DNA of 64,000 nt from Rhodothermales bacterium (GCA_040904565.1 JBBDTI010000067.1:1-64000), one strand, 5' to 3'; shown: positions 38,067 through 49,006, counted from the first letter of the stretch. Numbers and translations are program-made. Notes: generated by a model from the sequence alone, not told the origin.

Positions 38067-38444
38067 ATGAACGACTACCAGTCCGACGCCCTACGAACCC
38101 TTTCCACCCAGTTCCACCTGTCGGATGACGACGGGGAGAACGGGGTCAGTCCCGATTTGCTCCACGGTGCCATCGGACTCGCCACCGAGGCGGGCGAGCT
38201 GCTCGATGCCGTCAAACGATCGCTCTTTTACGGTGGCGAGCTGGACCGTACGAACCTCGTGGAAGAGCTGGGCGATCTGGAGTGGTACATGGCCGTCATT
38301 CGAGACGCGCTCGCCGTCGAGCAGAATGAGGTTCAGCGCATCAATATCGACAAATTGAAGGCGCGATATCCGGAGAAATTTTCGTCCGACGACGCACTTC
38401 AACGCGACCTGGCGAGGGAGCGTGAAATACTGGAGAACGGCTGA
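38067..38444 (+). CDS. MazG-like nucleoside triphosphate pyrophosphohydrolase
   Basis: GLATEAGELLD, EELGDLEWY, NIDKLKARYP. Confidence 0.88.
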   Translation: MNDYQSDALRTLSTQFHLSDDDGENGVSPDLLHGAIGLATEAGELLDAVKRSLFYGGELDRTNLVEELGDLEWYMAVIRDALAVEQNEVQRINIDKLKARYPEKFSSDDALQRDLAREREILENG

Positions 38445-38556
38445 GAGACGCCACCGCCATTATGACCGATGCATCACCTACCGGAAACGATGCCGACCGG
38501 GTTGTCGACGCCAGGCAAGCCGACGGCCGCGAGTATTTCGAGGATCCGTCCGCACC

Positions 38557-39759
38557 ATGAATCGCGACGACGTTCGATCGTTTGTGGACACGCTGCACGA
38601 ACCGGCTGCCGTCTTGACGAGTCGAGGGCGCTTCCTCGTGGTGAACGATGCGTTTCAAAGCGTGCTTCGCGATGTCGATTGCCCCGGTGCCGAGCGGTTG
38701 CACGATGCGGTGGCGGACGAGGAAGACGACGTGGCGTCGTTTCTAGCCCAGGCCGCTCGCTCGCGGCCTTCCATCCAGTGCGGATTGACACTGGGTTCGG
38801 CGGCTGTGGGGCAGCGCATGACGTGCTTCGGCGGACGCCTGGATCCCGGCGACGAAGAGCACGAGCCCCACATTCTCTTACGATGCTATCGCTCGAATGA
38901 ATCGGTACGGCAGTTTCAACTTCTCAGTCGAAAGATCGACGAACTGAATGCCGAAATACGCCGGCGGCAGGGCGTAGAGCGGGATCTGAGAGACATTCGG
39001 TCGGAACTCGAGCGTCGCGTAGAGAAGCGCACGTCGGAACTCAAGCGCGTCAATATCGACCTCGTGCAGCGGAACAAATCTCTCGAGGAGTTTGCCTCCG
39101 TGGCGTCGCACGACCTTCGTGAACCGCTTCGCAAGATCACGGTTTTCGGCGGCATGCTGGAAGATGAGCTCGGGCCGGAGCTATCCGATCATCACCGATC
39201 GATGCTCGAGCGCATGATCACCGCCGCCACCCGGATGAAGACGTTGATCAGAGGACTTCTGGCCTATTCGCGTCTTTCCACGTCGGATTATTCCTTCGAA
39301 ACGGTCGACCTGTCGAAGGTCGTAGACGATGTACTGGTGGACCTGGAGATCGCGGTCGCTCGTGCGGGCGCGGTCATAGAGGTCGACGCGCTGCCTCATC
39401 TCGAGGCGGACGCCACGCAGATGCGCCAGCTCTTCCAGAATCTGATCAGCAACAGTCTCAAGTTTCGGCGTCCCGACGTCTCGCCCCGCGTCGAGATTTC
39501 CTGTATGATGGATCGTGAGGGCAAACAGATTGAAATCGCCGTCTCGGATAACGGAATTGGATTCGAGTCGACCTATGCAGAGCAGATCTTCGAGCCGTTT
39601 CGGCGGCTGAACCCCCAGCACGAGTTTGAGGGATCGGGTATCGGACTCGCCATGTGCCGGCGCATCGTAGAGCGCCATGGGGGCACGATCTCGGCGACGT
39701 CGACGCCCGGCGAGGGGACGACGTTTCACATGATGCTGCCGCTGGAGGCATCGGACTAA
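38557..39759 (+). CDS. Cytoplasmic sensor histidine kinase (PAS-like, coiled coil)
   Basis: ASHDLREPL, QLFQNLISN, DNGIGF, GSGIGL, GEGTTF. Confidence 0.93.
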   Translation: MNRDDVRSFVDTLHEPAAVLTSRGRFLVVNDAFQSVLRDVDCPGAERLHDAVADEEDDVASFLAQAARSRPSIQCGLTLGSAAVGQRMTCFGGRLDPGDEEHEPHILLRCYRSNESVRQFQLLSRKIDELNAEIRRRQGVERDLRDIRSELERRVEKRTSELKRVNIDLVQRNKSLEEFASVASHDLREPLRKITVFGGMLEDELGPELSDHHRSMLERMITAATRMKTLIRGLLAYSRLSTSDYSFETVDLSKVVDDVLVDLEIAVARAGAVIEVDALPHLEADATQMRQLFQNLISNSLKFRRPDVSPRVEISCMMDREGKQIEIAVSDNGIGFESTYAEQIFEPFRRLNPQHEFEGSGIGLAMCRRIVERHGGTISATSTPGEGTTFHMMLPLEASD

Positions 39760-39761
39760 AT

Positions 39762-41072
39762 GTGCTCGTGACTGACATCCGCTACGTAAATACGACGTTC
39801 GAACGGGAGCCGCTCGTGAAGCCATTCGGTTTCAAGGGAGGCTTCCTGTCCGATCTGTGGCAGACCGTCGTTCTGCTCGAGAGCTCGAGCGGTCGATCGT
39901 CGATCGGGCTGGGGACGCAGAGCGTGTTGTGGTCGGATTCCGCCGTGTTTGCCACCCACTCGGAAGCCGGCGGCAACGCTCTCATGTTCGCCGTGCTCGA
40001 GTTTGCGGCACAGGCCGCCTGCGGACGTTCCTTCCGCACGCCGCTGGAGCTGCTCGACGGCCTGTTCGAGGAGGCCCGTGAGTATGCGGTTCGGATAACC
40101 GAGCGCCCGGACCTTCGAGCGACGTTCGTGCTGAACGCGCTGGTGGCGCTGGACCATGCCGCGTGGTTGCTTTGTGCTCGGGATAACGGATTGGGATCTT
40201 TCGATGAGATGATTCCGGAAGCGTACCGCGAGCCGCTATTGCATCGGCACGACATCGTGGCGAGCGTCCCGGCCGCGGGTTTTTCGTCGACGCGTGAGGA
40301 CCTGCTCGCACTGGCGGACGCGGGCTACTTCATCATTAAGGTCAAGCTGGGTCATCCGGGTGGTCCGGAGGAGATGCTCGCGCGAGACAAACGCCGTATC
40401 GAGGAGATCCACGACGTGTTCGGCGATCGAGAGACGGCCCACACGGAATCCGGCCGGATTCCCTATTATCTTGACATCAATGGACGCTACGATAGCATAA
40501 GTCAGTTGTGGGAGCTGGTCGAGCATGCCGATGCGGTGGGGGTGCTGGACCAAATCATATTGGTCGAGGAACCATTCCCTGAGGGGTACGAGGCGGACGT
40601 GTCGGACCTTCCCGTTCGCATTGCCGCCGACGAGAGTGCGCATACGGATGCGGATGCGCGCCGGCTCATAGATATGGGTTACGGTGCGATAGCCCTGAAA
40701 CCCATCGCGAAGACCGTCAGCATGACCTTGAAGATCGCCGCCGAAGCGCACGCCCGCGGAATTCCGTGTTTTTGCGCGGACCTTACCGTAAATCCGATAC
40801 TCGTCGAGTGGAATAAATGCTTCGCCGCGCGCCTCGAGCCGCTGCCCGGCCTGAACGTGGGGTTGCTCGAAACGAACGGGCATCAGAACTATCTCGATTG
40901 GGACCGAATGATGGGGTACAATCCGGCCGCGGGTGCCTCGTGGACGGAGGTGAAGGCAGGGGCGTTCCACCTCGATTCCGACTTCTTCGCCGAGAGTGGA
41001 GGGCTCTTTGAAAGCTCCTCACACTACCTTAACCTCGTCCGGCCGAGGCATCGGAGCGATGCCGGCCGCTGA
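39762..41072 (+). CDS. Enolase-superfamily (mandelate racemase / Ala-Glu epimerase-like) protein
   Basis: PFGFKGG, IIKVKLG, LDING, EEPF, ADES, ALKP. Confidence 0.85.
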   Translation: MLVTDIRYVNTTFEREPLVKPFGFKGGFLSDLWQTVVLLESSSGRSSIGLGTQSVLWSDSAVFATHSEAGGNALMFAVLEFAAQAACGRSFRTPLELLDGLFEEAREYAVRITERPDLRATFVLNALVALDHAAWLLCARDNGLGSFDEMIPEAYREPLLHRHDIVASVPAAGFSSTREDLLALADAGYFIIKVKLGHPGGPEEMLARDKRRIEEIHDVFGDRETAHTESGRIPYYLDINGRYDSISQLWELVEHADAVGVLDQIILVEEPFPEGYEADVSDLPVRIAADESAHTDADARRLIDMGYGAIALKPIAKTVSMTLKIAAEAHARGIPCFCADLTVNPILVEWNKCFAARLEPLPGLNVGLLETNGHQNYLDWDRMMGYNPAAGASWTEVKAGAFHLDSDFFAESGGLFESSSHYLNLVRPRHRSDAGR

Positions 41073-41139
41073 CAACCATCATCGTACGGTTCCGCCGCGA
41101 TGCCGCCGCGCCGAGTACGACGTAAGATACACAAGAGAC

Positions 41140-42174
41140 ATGCCGCTGAACGTAGACCCGTTGAATGAAGAGGGACTCGTGAAGGCCCTTTCACGGCCGT
41201 ATCGCGAGGACGTCGACGTTGCCGGCAGACTGGACGGCGACGTGATCGTTCTGGGTGCGGGCGGCAAGATGGGTCCCACGCTCGTCGCGCGGATCGCTCG
41301 GGCGATGCAGCAGGCCGGTAGTCCACACAACGTATATGCCGTATCCAGGTACTCGGAGCCGGAGCGGTTACGGGAGATCGAGGAAGCCGGGGCAACGGCC
41401 ATCTCGGCCGACCTGATGGATGAGGAGGCGCTGGCGGACCTGCCGGCGTGTCCGAACGTGATCTATCTCGTCGGCATGAAATTCGGCGCGTCGGGCGACG
41501 CATCGCGGACGTGGGCGCTGAACGCCTATCTCCCCGGCAGGGTAGCGAGCCGGTACCGCCACGCGCGCATCGTCGCGCTGTCGACGGGAAACGTGTATCC
41601 GAAGGTGTCGCCGGCCTCCGGCGGGTGTACGGAAGAGGACCGGACCGATCCCGTCGGTGAATACGCGCAGTCATGCCTGGGCCGCGAGCGCATGTTCGAA
41701 TATTTCTCGCGGAGGCATGAGACGCCGACCTGCCTGATACGGCTGAACTATGCCGTCGAGGCGCGCTACGGCGTCTTTCTCGATATTGCCAGACAGGTCT
41801 ATCGTGGTGAGCCGGTTTCGGTGGAAATGGGTTACGTGAACACGATCTGGCAAGGTGATGCCAATTCGGTCTGCTTTCGGGCTCTCGAAGCGTGTGCATC
41901 GCCGCCGCATGTGCTGAATGTTACGGGACCGGACATCCTCCGCGTGCGCGACATCGCGGAGGAGTTTGGACGACGATTTGGCGTGTCGCCGGTACTGCAC
42001 GGTACGGAGCAGCCGACCGCTTTTCTGAGTGACGCCGCCCGCTGTCACGCGCGGTTCGGAAAGCCGAAGGTAACGACGGAAGAGGTTTTGGATCTCGTCG
42101 CCGCGTGGGTCGACGAGGAGCGGGAGACATACGGTAAGCCGACTAGGTTTGAGGTGCGCGACGGAAGGTTCTAG
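41140..42174 (+). CDS. NAD-dependent epimerase/dehydratase family protein
   Basis: LGAGGKMG, GMKFG, STGNVY, YAQSC, RLNYA. Confidence 0.85.
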   Translation: MPLNVDPLNEEGLVKALSRPYREDVDVAGRLDGDVIVLGAGGKMGPTLVARIARAMQQAGSPHNVYAVSRYSEPERLREIEEAGATAISADLMDEEALADLPACPNVIYLVGMKFGASGDASRTWALNAYLPGRVASRYRHARIVALSTGNVYPKVSPASGGCTEEDRTDPVGEYAQSCLGRERMFEYFSRRHETPTCLIRLNYAVEARYGVFLDIARQVYRGEPVSVEMGYVNTIWQGDANSVCFRALEACASPPHVLNVTGPDILRVRDIAEEFGRRFGVSPVLHGTEQPTAFLSDAARCHARFGKPKVTTEEVLDLVAAWVDEERETYGKPTRFEVRDGRF

Positions 42175-42342
42175 CGCCGCTGTTCGCCGGTGCGATCCGG
42201 CCGTCGTTTCTGGCTGCGACGCCGGGCCATGTGCTCATCTCGTAGCGTCGGGAAGGTCCAGCCGTCGTGGCAGGATGTATCAACAGGTATCGGAGACATC
42301 CCAAAGTCATCCCATAGTGACGTATCAAATGACGTATCCGAC

Positions 42343-43362
42343 GTGAGGCTACGCGAGCGACTACTGGACGGACTTGTCATCCCTGCGCACCCGCTCGCGA
42401 TCAACGCGAACCGGCGCCTCGATGCGCGCCGGCAGCGTGCGTTGTCGCGCTACTATCTGGCGGCGGGGGCGGGTGGACTCGCCGTCGGCGTGCATACGAC
42501 GCAGTTCGAGATTCACGATGAGAATATGGGGCTGTATCGTCCCGCCCTGGAACTGGCTGCGGACGTTGCCGGGGAGGTGTCCGCCTCACCGGTGCTGGTG
42601 GCTGGTCTCGTAGGCGATACCGAGCAGGCCGTTGCCGAGGCCCGTTTGGCGAAGGACCTTGGATACCACTGCGGCCTCCTTAGTCTCAGCGCGTTCGCGG
42701 AAGCATCCGAGGACGCCATGATCGCACACGCCGCTGACGTCGCCGACGTATTGCCGGTGTTCGGCTTCTATCTTCAGCCCGCCGTAGGCGGACGGTCACT
42801 CTCTTATAGATTCTGGCGGCGGTTCGCGGAGATCGAGCATGTCGTCGCCATCAAAATCGCTCCGTTCGACCGCTATCGAACGATCGATGTCGTTCGGGCC
42901 GTAGCAGACTCCGGCCGCGGCCGCGAGATCGCCCTTTACACGGGCAATGATGACCAGATCGTACTCGATCTACTCACCAGGTTTCCGTACGATGATCTGT
43001 ACGTAGCGGGCGGGCTGCTCGGACACTGGGCGGTGTGGACGCGCCGGGCCGTGGAACTATTCGAGCGGATCCGGTCCGTTCGCGACCGGGATGAGATTCC
43101 AGCCGACCTGCTTACGCGCAGCGTCGAGGTGACCGAGGCGAACGCCGCCCTGTTCGATCCGCCCAATGCATTTGCCGGATGTATTCCTGGAATTCACGAA
43201 GTGCTCCGGCGCCAGGGACTGCTCGAGGGTGTGTGGACGCTGAACCCCGATGAGGCGCTGTCCCCCGGACAGCGTGAAGAGATCGACCGGATCTATCACA
43301 CCTACCCGCACCTGACCGATGACGAATTCGTTCGCGAGCATATAGACGAGTGGCTGAAATGA
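42343..43362 (+). CDS. DHDPS/N-acetylneuraminate lyase-family protein
   Basis: VIPAHPLA, AVGVHTTQFE, FYLQ, Schiff-base Lys in AIKIAPF, YTGNDD; start uncertain. Confidence 0.85.
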   Translation: MRLRERLLDGLVIPAHPLAINANRRLDARRQRALSRYYLAAGAGGLAVGVHTTQFEIHDENMGLYRPALELAADVAGEVSASPVLVAGLVGDTEQAVAEARLAKDLGYHCGLLSLSAFAEASEDAMIAHAADVADVLPVFGFYLQPAVGGRSLSYRFWRRFAEIEHVVAIKIAPFDRYRTIDVVRAVADSGRGREIALYTGNDDQIVLDLLTRFPYDDLYVAGGLLGHWAVWTRRAVELFERIRSVRDRDEIPADLLTRSVEVTEANAALFDPPNAFAGCIPGIHEVLRRQGLLEGVWTLNPDEALSPGQREEIDRIYHTYPHLTDDEFVREHIDEWLK

Positions 43363-44603
43363 CATCAAAACCATCGGAACGGCAGTCGACAGGAAGCCGC
43401 CTCCGCACGTGGCTGCAGCGGGTTGGCCCTGCGCTCGTCCTGGCCACGGTCGTTATCGGGCCGGGCACCCTGACGCTCAATACCATCGCCGGTACGACGT
43501 ATGGATATGCCTTGCTCTGGGTCCCGCTGGTGGCGACCGTGTTCATGATCGTCTACACGTGGTTGTCTGCCCGGATCAGCCTGGCGACCGGGGAAACGCT
43601 CTTCGAACTTGCCCGCGCCCGCTACGGTCGGTCGGTAGCGGTCGTCGGCGGTATCTTCGCGTATCTGGCCGTGCTCGCCTTTCAGGCCGGCAACAATGCG
43701 GCCGTCGGATTTGCCGCGGAAGCCCTGTTCGGACTGACCCCCCGGAGCTGGGCGGTGCTGTTTTTTGTGCCCGCGCTCGGCCTCATCTTCCTCCCGAATC
43801 TCTACGGCAAGATCGAGCTGCTCGTGAAGGTCGTGGTCGGACTCATGCTGCTGTCATTCGTGGGCACGCTCGTGATGGTGGGCATTCAGCCGGATGCGGC
43901 GGTTCGCGGCATCGTGCCCTCGTTCCCGGACACGGAAGCCATCTTCCTGACGCTGGGTATGGCGGCGACGACGTTTTCCATCGTGGCCGCCGTGTATCAG
44001 GGCTACCTGATGAAGGAGAAGAAATGGGGGCCGGACGAGCTGGCCGGTGAAGGGGTGGACACGCTGATCGGCATCGGCATCCTCGGCGGCATTTCCACGG
44101 TCATTTTGCTGACGAGCGCGGGAGCGATCTATGCGGCGGGCGGCGATCCCATCTTCTCGGCGCAGGGCATGGCGGCCCAGCTCGAGCCCCTCGTGGGATC
44201 GTCGGCGTTCTACCTGTTCACTATCGGCTTCTTTTTCGCCAGCTTTTCCTCGCTGGTCGTAAATCCGCTCATCGGCGCGACGCTGCTGGCCGACGGGTTG
44301 GATCGGGACGCGTCGATGGACGGGAAACCCGTCAAGCTGTGGACGTCGATTGCCATGGCGGCCGGACTCCTTGTCGTGCTCGTGTTCGAGGCGCCGCCCG
44401 TTGAGCTCATTCGCTTCGCGCAGGGTCTTGCCGTCGTCGCGTTCCCGCTGCTCGGCTTCCTGGTCCTCACTATCGCGCGGGACCGCGACGTCATGGGCGA
44501 ATATGCGAGCCGGACCTGGATACACGTCGTGGCCGTCATCGGCTATATCACGATCGTCGGTATCGTCCTCAATTACCTCCGGCAGATCGCGGCCGTATTC
44601 TAG
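43359..44603 (+). CDS. NRAMP-related (YcsG-like) transporter
   Basis: About 11 TM segments, VIGPGT, GYALLW, FQAGN; lacks the DPGN motif. Confidence 0.8.
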   Translation: MTSKPSERQSTGSRLRTWLQRVGPALVLATVVIGPGTLTLNTIAGTTYGYALLWVPLVATVFMIVYTWLSARISLATGETLFELARARYGRSVAVVGGIFAYLAVLAFQAGNNAAVGFAAEALFGLTPRSWAVLFFVPALGLIFLPNLYGKIELLVKVVVGLMLLSFVGTLVMVGIQPDAAVRGIVPSFPDTEAIFLTLGMAATTFSIVAAVYQGYLMKEKKWGPDELAGEGVDTLIGIGILGGISTVILLTSAGAIYAAGGDPIFSAQGMAAQLEPLVGSSAFYLFTIGFFFASFSSLVVNPLIGATLLADGLDRDASMDGKPVKLWTSIAMAAGLLVVLVFEAPPVELIRFAQGLAVVAFPLLGFLVLTIARDRDVMGEYASRTWIHVVAVIGYITIVGIVLNYLRQIAAVF

Positions 44604-44605
44604 CC

Positions 44606-45709
44606 ATGCTTCGTATTCCTCTCCTTTCATCGCGTCCAGTAGGCATCCCGGCCATGCCCGCTCGATACGCCCTGCGCACGCCCCTCCGCTTATTGGCAGG
44701 GTTCGTCGCCGCATTCCTCGTGCTGGTCCTGGGAGCCGGCGTCGCTCGCGGAAGTGCCGTCGTTTTCGGTAACGACCCCGCGGACACGGTGCGCGTGGGG
44801 ATGATCGGGCTGGATACGTCACACAGCACGGCCTTCACGCGTTTGATCAACGCGCCCGATGCTGAAGGCCTGTTCCAGCGTTACGAGGTGGTCGCGGCGT
44901 ATCCGTTCGGCAGCCGGACGATACGGTCGAGTTACGAACGGATCCCGGGTTACACGGAGGAGGTGCGGGAGATGGGGGTCGAGATCGTCGATTCCATCCC
45001 GGAGCTCCTGGCGATGGTGGATGTCGTGCTGCTGGAAACGAATGACGGAAAGCCCCATCGCGAACAGGCGATGCAGGTCATCGAGGCGGGCAAGCCGCTG
45101 TTCATCGACAAACCCGTTGCGGCGGACCTCGCCGACGTGCTCGCCATCTACGATGCGGCCGAGGAGACCGGCGTGCCTCTCTTTTCCTCTTCGTCCCTTC
45201 GGTACATGGAGCACGCGCAGGACGTGCGCAGTGGGAGCATCGGTTCCGTTCGAGGCGCCTTTACGTACAGTCCAGCCGCACTCGAACCCTCACACGTGGA
45301 CCTCTACTGGTACGGCATTCATGGGGTGGAGGCCTTGTTTACGGTGATGGGGAGCGGATGCGCGCGCGTCGTACGGACGTTCAGCGACGGGGCGGAGGTC
45401 ACGACGTGCCGGTGGGCGGACGGCCGCATCGGGACGTTCTACGGGATTCGCGAGGGGCGGAGTGACTACGGCGGCACGGCCTTCGGCGATAGCGCGGTCG
45501 TCGCGCTCGGGCCCTACGGAGGGTATGAACCCCTGGTCGAAGCTATACTGGCGTTCTTCGAGACGGGTACGCCGCCCGTCCCGGCACGCGAAACCATCGA
45601 GATCTACGCCTTTATGTCCGCCGCCGACGAAAGCAGGCGGCGGGGTGGAGCTCCGGTGTCTCTGGAGGAGGTCATTCGGGCGGCCCGAGCCGAGGCATCT
45701 CCCGAGTGA
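44606..45709 (+). CDS. Gfo/Idh/MocA-family oxidoreductase (exported)
   Basis: Hydrophobic leader, GMIGLDTSH, FIDKP, WYGIH. Confidence 0.87.
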   Translation: MLRIPLLSSRPVGIPAMPARYALRTPLRLLAGFVAAFLVLVLGAGVARGSAVVFGNDPADTVRVGMIGLDTSHSTAFTRLINAPDAEGLFQRYEVVAAYPFGSRTIRSSYERIPGYTEEVREMGVEIVDSIPELLAMVDVVLLETNDGKPHREQAMQVIEAGKPLFIDKPVAADLADVLAIYDAAEETGVPLFSSSSLRYMEHAQDVRSGSIGSVRGAFTYSPAALEPSHVDLYWYGIHGVEALFTVMGSGCARVVRTFSDGAEVTTCRWADGRIGTFYGIREGRSDYGGTAFGDSAVVALGPYGGYEPLVEAILAFFETGTPPVPARETIEIYAFMSAADESRRRGGAPVSLEEVIRAARAEASPE

Positions 45710-45817
45710 TACATCCGGCGCCGCGCGCGTGACGTCCGCGGCACAGGTAGCCCCGTCCTATACTGTAAATGGTCGTACCTTCCACATCGCCTGCCATGCA
45801 ACCTGTTACCTGAATCC

Positions 45818-47323
45818 ATGTCGATCCGGTATCTCATCTCGGCACTGCTTCTCTTCTTGATGGTCACCCGCGTCGGTCCGGCCGACGCATCGCGCCCGGA
45901 CACCGTTCGAAACATCGTCATCTTCATCGCCGACGACCACGGCCGGGATACGGGGGCCTACGGCAATCCCGTCATCCGGACGCCCAACCTCGATGCGCTG
46001 GCGGAAGAGGGAACGCTCTTCACGCACGCGTTTGCCACGACGGCGAGCTGCAGTGCGAGCCGCTCCGTGATTCTGTCCGGTCTCCACAATCATCGGAACG
46101 GACAGTACGGCCACACGCACGATTTCCACCACTTTCAGACCTTCGAGCACGTTAAGTCGCTGCCCGTCCTACTGGCTGAAGCGGGATACCGGACGGCCTC
46201 AGCCGGGAAGTACCACGTCGCGCCGGAATCGGTCTTTCATTTTGAGGAGTATATCGACGGCGATTCGCGCGACGTCGTGACGATGGTCGATAACGCACGT
46301 CCGTTCCTGGAACGAGATGCGGAAGAACCCTTCTTTTTCTACCTCGGCACGAGCGATCCCCATCGCGGCGGCGGGTTGATGGCGGGGGACACGGAAGCGA
46401 CCTATGGTGACGATGAGGCGTTCGCCCCGAACCGGTTCGGCAACCGGCCGGGCGGCTATCCCGGCATCGAGGAGGTGCAGTACGACCCCGACGACGTCAT
46501 CGTACCGCCCTTTCTTCCCGATACGCCCGTTACGCGTGCCGAGCTGGCCCAGTACTACCAGTCCGTTTCCCGCATCGACCAGGGGTTCGGATATCTGGTG
46601 GATGTCCTAAAGGACGCGGGTGTCTACGAAAACACGCTCATCATCTACATGTCGGACCACGGAATCGCCATGCCGGGCGCCAAGACGACGGTCTACGAAC
46701 CCGGACTGCGATCCCCGCTGATCGTGCGTCACCCCGACCAGTCCGATCGCGGCGTCGTCACCGATGCGATGGTCAGCTGGGTGGATATCACGCCGACCCT
46801 GCTCGATTATGCCGGCGTCGAGGAGCCGACGTACGACCAGCACGTCGGTCTTGAGGACGTACGCCGGCACCTGCCCGACCGGCATGGGCTCCACGGCCGT
46901 TCTTTCCTCTCCGTGCTTGAGGGCGAGGAGGCCGAAGGCCGTGACGCGATCTACGCGTCGCACACCTTCCACGAGATCCAGATGTACTATCCGATGCGCG
47001 TCGTGCGGGACCGGGACTACAAGCTGATATGGAACGTCGCCCACGACCTTCCATACCCCTTCGCCGCCGACCTCTGGGATGCCTCCACCTGGCAGCACGC
47101 CTATCAGCAAGGGCTCGATACCCCGTTCGGCGGACGTACCGTGCGCGAGTACATGCACCGTCCCGCCTTCGAGCTCTTTGACGTGCGGGTCGATCCGTTG
47201 GAGTCCGAAAATCTCGCTTATCGGCCGGGCTATGCCGACGTGCTGGCAGCATATCAGGCTATGTTGTGGCAGTTCGAAGTGAGAACGTCCGATCCCTGGC
47301 TACTCAAGTGGGAGTACGAGTAA
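45818..47323 (+). CDS. Sulfatase (sulfamidase/SGSH-like)
   Basis: IADD, CSASR, GKYH, DPHR, SDHG. Confidence 0.9.
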   Translation: MSIRYLISALLLFLMVTRVGPADASRPDTVRNIVIFIADDHGRDTGAYGNPVIRTPNLDALAEEGTLFTHAFATTASCSASRSVILSGLHNHRNGQYGHTHDFHHFQTFEHVKSLPVLLAEAGYRTASAGKYHVAPESVFHFEEYIDGDSRDVVTMVDNARPFLERDAEEPFFFYLGTSDPHRGGGLMAGDTEATYGDDEAFAPNRFGNRPGGYPGIEEVQYDPDDVIVPPFLPDTPVTRAELAQYYQSVSRIDQGFGYLVDVLKDAGVYENTLIIYMSDHGIAMPGAKTTVYEPGLRSPLIVRHPDQSDRGVVTDAMVSWVDITPTLLDYAGVEEPTYDQHVGLEDVRRHLPDRHGLHGRSFLSVLEGEEAEGRDAIYASHTFHEIQMYYPMRVVRDRDYKLIWNVAHDLPYPFAADLWDASTWQHAYQQGLDTPFGGRTVREYMHRPAFELFDVRVDPLESENLAYRPGYADVLAAYQAMLWQFEVRTSDPWLLKWEYE

Positions 47324-47411
47324 TCACACATTGAAGGTTGACCGGGGTACGCGTACACTATCGGGGGTCTTGGTGGTACATGTTATCGTGCATTTGACTC
47401 ATAAGAAAATC

Positions 47412-48815
47412 ATGACACAATCGGCTCGATGGATCGCCCCGGCGGTCGTTCTCCTTCTCCTCCTGGCCGCATGCGACGCGCCGCAGCCCGCGGGCGAGGA
47501 TGCGTCCCCTCCCAACATCGTGCTGATCGTCGCGGACGACCTGGGTTACGGTGACCTCGGGGCTTACGGCCAGCAGGAGATCATGACGCCGCGCCTCGAT
47601 CGCATGGCCGAGGAAGGCCTGCGATTCACGCAGTTCTATGCGGGTTCTACGGTCTGCGCGCCTTCGCGCAGCGTGCTGATGGAAGGACGCCACACGGGCC
47701 GCACGTATATCCGCGGCAACAAGGAAGTTCGGCCGTATGGACAGGAGCCCATCCCGGATTCACTGGTGACGATGGCGGAGGTGCTGCAAGAGGCGGGGTA
47801 CCGCACCGGACTGGTCGGTAAGTGGGGTCTCGGCGGTCCGGATACGCCGGGCCATCCCAACAATCAGGGATTCGATCACTTCTTCGGCTATCTCGGGCAG
47901 CGCCACGCGCACAATTACTACCCGGAGTTTCTCTTCTATAACGAGGAGCGGGTAGACGTGCCGGGAAACGTCCTGCCGGAACCGCGCCGCGGTGACGGCG
48001 CGGGCGAAGCGATAGAAAAAGTCACCTACAGCCACGATCTCTTCGCGGATTCAGCGCTGGCTTTCATCGATCGGAACAGGAACCGGCCGTTCTTCCTGTT
48101 TATGGCGCTCACCATTCCCCACGCCAACAACGAGGCGGGAGACCGGGGTATGGAGGTGCCCGACTACGGTCCGTACGCGGACGAGGAGTGGCCCGAGCCG
48201 GCGAAAGGGCTCGCGGCGATGATCTCGCGCATGGATGCCGACGTAGGAAGGGTGCTGGATCGCCTCCAGGAGCACGGTATCGCGGAGAATACGCTCGTGC
48301 TGTTCACCAGCGATAACGGTCCGCATGCCGAGGGGGGCAACGACCCCCACTATTTCGATTCGAATGGGCCCCTGCGCGGGATCAAACGGGATCTCTACGA
48401 GGGCGGCATTCGCGTACCGACGATCGCCTGGTGGCCGGGACGCGTCGAAGCAGGGTCGCAGACGGATTACGCGGGCTACTTCCCCGACCTGCTGCCGACG
48501 TTTGCCGACCTGGCCGGCACGGCTCCACCCTCAGATATCGATGGCCTCAGCATGGTACGGACTCTGATGGATCGACCGGCCGATCAGGAGAACCACGAGT
48601 ATCTCTACTGGGAATTCTACGAAGGCGGGATGGCGCAGGCCGTTCGAATGGGCTCGTGGAAGGGTGTGAGACTGCCTGACGGCGAGATCGAGCTGTTCGA
48701 CCTCGAAGAGGATCTGGGTGAAACGAACGACGTGGCCGCGGAGCATCCCGACGTGATAGCGCAAATCGGGGCCGTGATGGAAGAGGCGCACCATCCGTCG
48801 CCCCTCGACTGGTGA
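47412..48815 (+). CDS. Arylsulfatase lipoprotein
   Basis: LLAAC lipobox, ADDLGYGD, CAPSR, GKWGLG, SDNG, YEGGIRVP. Confidence 0.92.
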   Translation: MTQSARWIAPAVVLLLLLAACDAPQPAGEDASPPNIVLIVADDLGYGDLGAYGQQEIMTPRLDRMAEEGLRFTQFYAGSTVCAPSRSVLMEGRHTGRTYIRGNKEVRPYGQEPIPDSLVTMAEVLQEAGYRTGLVGKWGLGGPDTPGHPNNQGFDHFFGYLGQRHAHNYYPEFLFYNEERVDVPGNVLPEPRRGDGAGEAIEKVTYSHDLFADSALAFIDRNRNRPFFLFMALTIPHANNEAGDRGMEVPDYGPYADEEWPEPAKGLAAMISRMDADVGRVLDRLQEHGIAENTLVLFTSDNGPHAEGGNDPHYFDSNGPLRGIKRDLYEGGIRVPTIAWWPGRVEAGSQTDYAGYFPDLLPTFADLAGTAPPSDIDGLSMVRTLMDRPADQENHEYLYWEFYEGGMAQAVRMGSWKGVRLPDGEIELFDLEEDLGETNDVAAEHPDVIAQIGAVMEEAHHPSPLDW

Positions 48816-49006
48816 GGCGTTTGCCGCGGGCGAAGTGTGATAACGTTGACCGCGGAGCAGCCGGCGCATCGACGTTTTTGGAGTCATTCGCGGACTAACG
48901 TGAAGCGGCACCAGCTCTCATTTTGTTCGTACGATAGGCATATTGTTGTGCGCGGATCCACCGCGCACCAGCCGCGCACGATGCATGATGTTATGCAAGA
49001 GTCTCG

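Noticed and set aside
38067-38444. MazG-like gene as a prophage or defence marker
   Set aside because: No integrase, phage or defence genes nearby; a housekeeping role suffices
42318-42345. TGACGTATC duplicated before the DHDPS-like gene
   Set aside because: Two short copies only; may simply encode DVSNDVSDV or be chance
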